Assembly (NCBI RefSeq): GCF_032191835.1
Contig: NC_083236.1
Span: 45,756,001-45,820,000, forward strand
Length of the DNA stretch: 64,000 nt
Source of the DNA: Heteronotia binoei
Taxonomy: Eukaryota
Reading direction: 5' to 3'
The notes beneath the pieces are model-generated. The model did no database searches. It was given only the letters and a program-made list of their open reading frames with translations, and had not been told where the DNA came from. Made by a program: the position numbers and the translations under genes. Numbering within the stretch: the first letter of the stretch is position 1; each line of letters starts with the position of its first letter. This document shows positions 58,210 through 64,000 of the stretch, piece by piece.

Positions 58210-58400
58210 TAAAGTAAAAGTAGTCCCCTGTGCAGGCACAGAGTCATTACTGACCCTTGGGGTGACATCACATCATGGCATTTTCTTGGCAGACTTTTTA
58301 TGGGGTGGTTTGCCATTGCCTTCCCTAGTCATCTACGCTTAGACTTTTTATGGGGTGGTTTGCCATTGCCTTCCCTAGTCATCTACGCTTTACCCCCATT
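58210..58400 (-). mobile_element. Sauria SINE 3' fragment with an internal 50 bp tandem duplication
   Basis: 58291-58340 is identical to 58341-58390. Confidence 0.8.
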
Positions 58401-60508
58401 AAGCTTTATCTTTCAATTAATATATAAAGCAGTTGCAAAAATTGCTGGAGGGAAGGAGAGAGGGAGAGATTTGTTGGCGATGATACTGACACTAGCCAGT
58501 AGGTGCTTAGATTAACGTGAACTATGCATAGAACAGAGCCAGTTTTTCAGAGTTCACCCACAGCATGGAAAGAAAATATCTTTATACCAAATGGAGCAGG
58601 ACAACTCCCCTGCCTGTTTCATGGCTCTTCAAATATTAAAACTTTGGGTTCTGTTATTTTTGAAATATAAAAATAGTGTATGCTGTTACAACACTAATAA
58701 GTAACTTGATGTCAAATAAAATGCACATGTGATGAATTGCTCTTTGTATTAAAAATGCATTGCCACCTATTAAGGCTGGTTCCAGATTTTGAGAGGCCCT
58801 GGCCAGAGAGTGCTCATATGCGCTACTAGGCCCCTTTTCTTGCCCACCCACATGCCCCCACCTCCCAGTGTGTCCTCCTTCTGCCCACTTGCAAGCTCTC
58901 CCACCACCTGCAGACACAGCTGACCATATTGCCTGTATGCCCTTTCCCTGATGATACCGGGGGGGGGGGCGCAGCTAAGGAGTGCTGCTGCCTTGGCCTC
59001 TAGGAACACACACAGGAAGCTGCCTTATCCTGAATCAGACCTTGAGTCCATCAAAGCCAGTGTTGTCCACTCAGACTGGCAGCAGCTCTCCAGGGTCTCA
59101 CCCAGAGATCTGTCGGATCCTTTAACTGGAGGTGCCGGGGACTGAACTTGGGACCTTCTGCATGCCAAGTGGATGCTCTGCCAATGAGCCATGGTCAGTC
59201 CCAGTCTGGTGCTTTGTGCACCACCCTCAGCAGTGGTAGGCAGCCCATGCTGCTGAGAACACAGGTGACGAAGCACTCAGAAGAAGGCAGTGGAACGGAA
59301 TGAGTGCAGGTGTCAGAGTCAGGAGCAGGGCTTTTATTGAGCCAGAACGCAGTTCCAGCTGGCTCGGTGTCAGGGGGTGGGGCCTAATATGCAAATAAGT
59401 TCGTGCTGGGCTTTCCCCACAACAAATCCCTGTGTGAAACAATTGTGATGTCAGGGGGTGTGGCCTAATATGCAAAGGAGTTCCTGTGGGCTTTTTCTAC
59501 CAAAAAAGCCCTGGTTGAGAGTCATAAGCAGGAGGCCACGGCAGCTGACCCACTTTGAAGCATGCTGACACCAGCCCTGCTGCCACCATACGGCATGCTG
59601 TGTTTTGGCTGGGCCCAGTAGCCTGTTGGGTTTTCTCAGTGAGGCTGGAGCTTTTCTCACTTCCGCTGAGAAACCCTCTCGGTTGGGAGTGGGAGGGGGA
59701 GAGGAAGGCGAGGCAGGTCTCGTGCGCCCCTTGCAGTAACACCCCCTCCAACCTGATTTGCCAGCTTGCTGCAATTTATCTGCTTCTCATTTTTACAACA
59801 GGCGCATTTCCCTCTTAATCGTCCCACGTATGTGTTTGATATTTGCTAGCCACCCTGGGAAGCAGTGATCAGGTTGCGGGGGCGGGGGGATATAAATATT
59901 TAAAACAAAGCACAGCAGCCACCTGTGACACAGATGCAGCGTCTCGACTCGCGACTCAGCCTGCCTGGCCTCGTTTTCAAAGAGGCTTCCACTCCCGACT
60001 CAGCATTGCTGGCACCTTTTGTTTTTTTAAAGGTATTCTTTACGGTGAAATGACACCCCCTTGCTGGTCACCAGAATTAAATTTATGGTCCAGGGGCTCC
60101 TGCAAATGCATTTGGGCTTTTCATGCTTCTTTGAGGATAAATTTCATCGGATAGCCGCTCCTGCCCTTCTGCCTTGGTGCTTCCTCCCTCCCCTTTAGGT
60201 GCCCCCCTCCTCCAGGGCACCAGGGATCACTGCCAGCTTAGGGAGCTCCAATCTTGTTTCCGATGCCCAGGAACTTATTTGCATATTAGGCCACACCCCG
60301 ATGTCACCATTGTTTCACATAGGGCTTTTTCCTAGAAAAGGCCCAGCAGGAATTAATTTACATATTAGGCCACACCCCCTGACACCGAGCCAGCCGGAAC
60401 TGCGTTCTTGTGTGTTCCTGCTCAAAAAAAGCCCTGCCGACGGCCATTTGAGATCTGTGGGTAAGGGATGAACAGAATGGTCCCTGGTGGCTGACATCTG
60501 CATTCAGG

Positions 60509-61089
60509 GGGTTTTTTTTGCAGCAGGAACTCCTTTGCATATTAGGGTGCACCCTCCTGATGTAGCAAATCCTCCTGGAGCTTACAGTAGGCCCTGTATG
60601 AAGAGCCCTGTAAGCTCTTGGAGCAGGGGTGTCAAACTCATTTCTTATGAAGGCCAGATCTGACATTAATGAGGCCTTGTCAGGCCTGGGCCCTGCGTGT
60701 CATAAAATGTAATGTCAGGTAGTGGAGATAACTTTACAAAGGATACAGACAGACACAGAGATTTTTTTTTAAAAAAATGTATGCTTACAAGATTAGCACT
60801 CTTGCAAAATTTTGTTTATTCGACAGTCTCTGATAACTGACACCTCTTGTTCTGAATGAAGAAAATCGAGGCTTTGCGCCGTAGCCTGCTGTGCAATTAA
60901 GCAAGCCTGGCAAAGCAAGCTGTGATGCAGAAAGAAGCTGACAAAAGCCAGTTGCTCGGGGGCCTGATAGGAGCCCTCCAGGGGCCTGATTTGACCCCTG
61001 GGCCGCATGTTTGACACCCTTGAGGATTGGCTACATGAGGGGTGTGTGGCCTCATATGCAAATGAGGTCCTGCTACAAAAAAAGCCCTG
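60509..61089. mobile_element. Family E MITE interrupted by a family C MITE (~60625-61020)
   Basis: The two halves of the family E palindrome flank a CAGGGGTGTC element. Confidence 0.8.
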
Positions 61090-61194
61090 GCTGCATGGAT
61101 GCCATCTGGAGGCTGACCCATTGGGAAGCCCCCAGGACATTTGTACCTGCAGCTCAGGGCTTAGGGGAGACCTTCTGTTTGTCTTGCCGGGCAG

Positions 61195-61367
61195 GGAAGG
61201 AGTGCAAAGACTACGAGAAAGTGAATCTCCGACGCCTGAGAGAGATCCAGAGGAAGTGTCGTGAGAAGAAGCAGGCCCAGGAGCTCAGCCAGCCCACGCC
61301 TGTGAAGGCCTTGTGGAAGTCCCCCAAGTATGAGAGTGTGGAGTCCAAAGTGAAGATCAAGCTGCAG
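61195..61367 (+). CDS. ENKD1: ENKD1 coding exon 3
   Basis: RKECKDYEKVNLRRLREIQRKCRE...VKALWKSPKYESVESKVKIKLQ; 173 nt, phase 1 to 0. Confidence 0.95.
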
Positions 61368-61704
61368 GTTGGTTAGTTAGTTGACTCCATTTCAACCCTG
61401 CTCCATTTTCTGCAAGCAGGACTCTGGGCGGCGTACAACTTATAATGTCCATCAAATCATGATAATCATTGCATGTCAATAAAATACCCACAAACAGGGC
61501 TGTGTGTGTGTGTGTGTGTGTGTGTGTGGCAGAGTGCAGCTCCTCTTGGGATGGTCAGGGCTCCGGCAGAAGAAGGCAGCCACGTGTAGCAGGGCTGAGC
61601 CAGGCTGTGGTGGCAGCTTCCTAGAGCCCAGCTTGCCAGCCAGGCTTGCAGGGCCGAGCTGCACTGTAGTGGCAGCCTCCTGGAGCCCTGCTGGGTAGCT
61701 GCTG

Positions 61705-61735
<31 letters not shown>

Positions 61736-61783
61736 CTCCTCTCCTGCCCTATAGAACAGTTAAATTAGATGATAGCATATGTC

Positions 61784-61968
61784 CAGGGCTTTTTTTTAAA
61801 AAACAAGAACTCCTTTGCATATTAAGCCACACGCCTCTGATGTAGCCAATCCTCCTGGAGCTTACAGGGCTCTTTGTGCAGGGCCTACTGTAAGCTCCAG
61901 GAGGATCAGCTACATCAGGAGGGTGTGGCCTAATATGGAAAGGAGTTCCTACTACGAAAAAAGCCCTG
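61784..61968. mobile_element. Palindromic MITE family E
   Basis: TSD catatgtc/catatatc (8 bp, hAT-like). Confidence 0.85.
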
Positions 61969-62277
61969 CATATATCTGTCCCACAAAGTAAGTGGGATGG
62001 CTGGAATAGAATCCACCTTCCCTTCACTGAAGATCTAAACATAGGGGAAGGGGAAGAATATAACAAAACAAAAGTTCGCTGGGAGATCTGGAGCCAGCTG
62101 CTGCTCTCTCTCTCTCTCTCTTTTTCCACACTCAGCCTAACCTACCTCATCTGGTTGTTGTGGGAAGGCTAGAGTGGAGGAGGGGTGAACGATGCCATAA
62201 TCTGCTTGGGAAAGAAAACCATGGCGTGAATGAAACCATCCTAATCAGCCTCTTTCTCTCTCATCTGTCTATCTCAG

Positions 62278-62439
62278 GAGAATGCTGGTCCTCCAAATCC
62301 AGAAGCTCAGAGGTTCCTGAGAGCTTACTCCCGCTGCGGCCCTGGGATTCACCCATGCCGGCCGCTGTCCCAAAACTCTGCTCAGTTGGGAGCAACAGCA
62401 GATGCTGCAACAGCGCCAGTCCCAGGCGGGAATGTCAAG
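62278..62439 (+). CDS. ENKD1: ENKD1 coding exon 4
   Basis: ENAGPPNPEAQRFLRAYSRCGPG... (human recalled HFLRAHSRCGPG); donor AAG|GTGAGG; 162 nt. Confidence 0.92.
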
Positions 62440-62592
62440 GTGAGGGGCTATAGGGGCCTGCCATGTGCTTCCTACTTCCTGTTTCTTACCTGCTAGAACG
62501 GGGGAAGCCTTGCCGGAAAAGCATTCCGTCTGCTCTCCCAGCACCTGGAGTTGCTGCTGCCTCTTTTAAGACATACCCTCTTCTTCTTCCAG

Positions 62593-62759
62593 ACCTCAGA
62601 GAATGGCAAGGTGGACTTTGTCAGCCACAACGCCCAGAATGCAAAGCGGGCCCACATGCGGCGATCGCGCTCCCTGCAGTCGCTCACCGAAGTGCTGGCG
62701 CAGAAGCAGAAGGAGCAGTTGGACTATGACGCCAAGCAGAAAGGCCACGTCCCTCGCTA
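62593..62759 (+). CDS. ENKD1: ENKD1 coding exon 5 (gene continues beyond the window)
   Basis: TSENGKVDFVSHNAQNAKRAHMRRSRSLQSL...KQKGHVPR(Y); donor TA|GTACGT, phase 2. Confidence 0.93.
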
Positions 62760-63606
62760 GTACGTCCAGAGCACCTCCCCTGCCCTCAAGTGCCTGGAGA
62801 GAGGCAGGAGTGAGCCTGCTGTCCCACTGTGTAGTGTGGTGGAGTGGTTAGAGTGTCGGCCTGGTACCTGGGAGACCCAGACACAGATCCCTGCTCGCTG
62901 GGTGACCTCTGGCCAGTCGTTCTCTTACAAACCCAGGGTTGTTGGGAAGGCAAAATGACTGATGTATGCACTACTGGCTGTGACTCTCAGAATTGTGGTT
63001 TTACCAGTGCAAAGGAATTCCATGCGATTGTGCAATCTAATACCCGCTGCCAGGGCTTTTCTTGTTGAAAAAGCCCAGCAGGAACTCATTTATGCCCCCT
63101 GATGTCACCATTGTTTCGCACAGGGCTTTTTTGTAGAAATCCCTCAGCAGGAACTCATTTGCATATTAGACAACGCCCTTTGACACCGAGCCAGCCGGGA
63201 CTGCGTTCCTGCTCAAAAAAAAGCCCTGCCCGCTGCATCGGGCATTCGGAGAATTGTTTTATTTGATCTTTAGCCTGCCCTTCCCATAGAATAGGCTCAG
63301 GGCAGGTTACATCATAAAAACAATCAACAGTATAAAACCAATTTAAAATATATAAAGTCTAAAATTACAGAGTAACAATAGGCACTAAAATGGCAAATTA
63401 TCAGCTCTCTATAGTACTTCTGGCCCGACCTGCATAGCCCAGGCTAGCCTGATCTGGTCAGATCTCAGGACCTAAGCAGGATCAGTCCTGCTTAATAATT
63501 GGATGGGAGATTGACAAGGAATACCACGGTCGCTATACAGAGCCAGGCAATGGCAAACTCTCTCTGAATGTGTCTTTTCTCGAACACTTTGTGGGGACAC
63601 AGTAAG

Positions 63607-63642
<36 letters not shown>

Positions 63643-63754
63643 CAAGCTTTCTTCCCTGTTTTCCTCTGCTTTTTAAAAAAAAAAATCATTTATTTATTTT
63701 ATTTGACTTATATCCTGCCATACCCCACAAGTGGGCTCAGGGCGGTTACAGCAT

Positions 63755-63935
63755 GGGGCTTTTTTTCGTAGCAGGAACTCTTTTGCATATTAGGCCACAC
63801 ACCCATGATGTAGCCAATCCTCCTGGAGCTTACAGTAGGCCTTGTAAGAAAAGCCCTGTAAGCTCTTGGGGGATTGGCTGCTGCAGGAGTGTGTGGCCTA
63901 ATATGCAAAGGAGTTCCTGCTACAAAAAAAGCCCT
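63755..63935. mobile_element. Palindromic MITE family E
   Basis: Arms of ~80 bp that are near-complementary. Confidence 0.85.
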
Positions 63936-64000
63936 GCTAAGCATATATGAAACATAATAAACATTAAAATGTATAATCTAAAAAACAGATTTAAAACAGT

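Noticed and set aside
1-64000. CRISPR arrays, operons or other prokaryotic systems
   Set aside because: The window is intron-exon vertebrate DNA; there is no regularly spaced repeat-spacer array, and the CsgA-like gene has spliceosomal introns, so it is not bacterial contamination.

Overview
Vertebrate genomic DNA, inferred to be squamate and probably gecko from its repeats (Sauria/Squam-type SINEs, BovB, CR1, L2, Penelope, DIRS, hAT MITEs). Four spliced genes can be reconstructed from splice sites and reading frame. (1) A complete 6-exon C-factor/CsgA-like short-chain dehydrogenase (+; join 3311-3463, 4923-4974, 8232-8419, 10170-10328, 12691-12795, 14904-15017; 256 aa). (2) GFOD2 (+; non-coding exon 1 in a CpG island near 18.0-18.2 kb; CDS 25208-25466, 30656-31554; 385 aa). 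(3) A C16orf86 orthologue (-; best model 43070-42954, 39462-39305, 38456-38248, 35374-35213, 34700-34540). (4) ENKD1 (+; CDS 54740-54824, 55649-55873, 61195-61367, 62278-62439, 62593-62759; continues past the window). The GFOD2-C16orf86-ENKD1 order and orientation match human 16q22.1 as I recall it. The window starts in the 3' end of a dead DIRS retrotransposon, and much of the non-coding DNA is nested TE debris. Best leads: an intact C-factor SDR with altered cofactor and substrate-loop motifs; a uORF whose stop overlaps the GFOD2 start codon; an X-box in the C16orf86/ENKD1 bidirectional promoter; a duplicated N-terminal motif in ENKD1; Penelope termini carrying minimal hammerhead-ribozyme cores; and a cluster of palindromic, partly octamer-bearing MITEs around ENKD1 exons. 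I see no clearly new biological system. All homology calls come from remembered sequences, not database searches, and most repeat boundaries are approximate.
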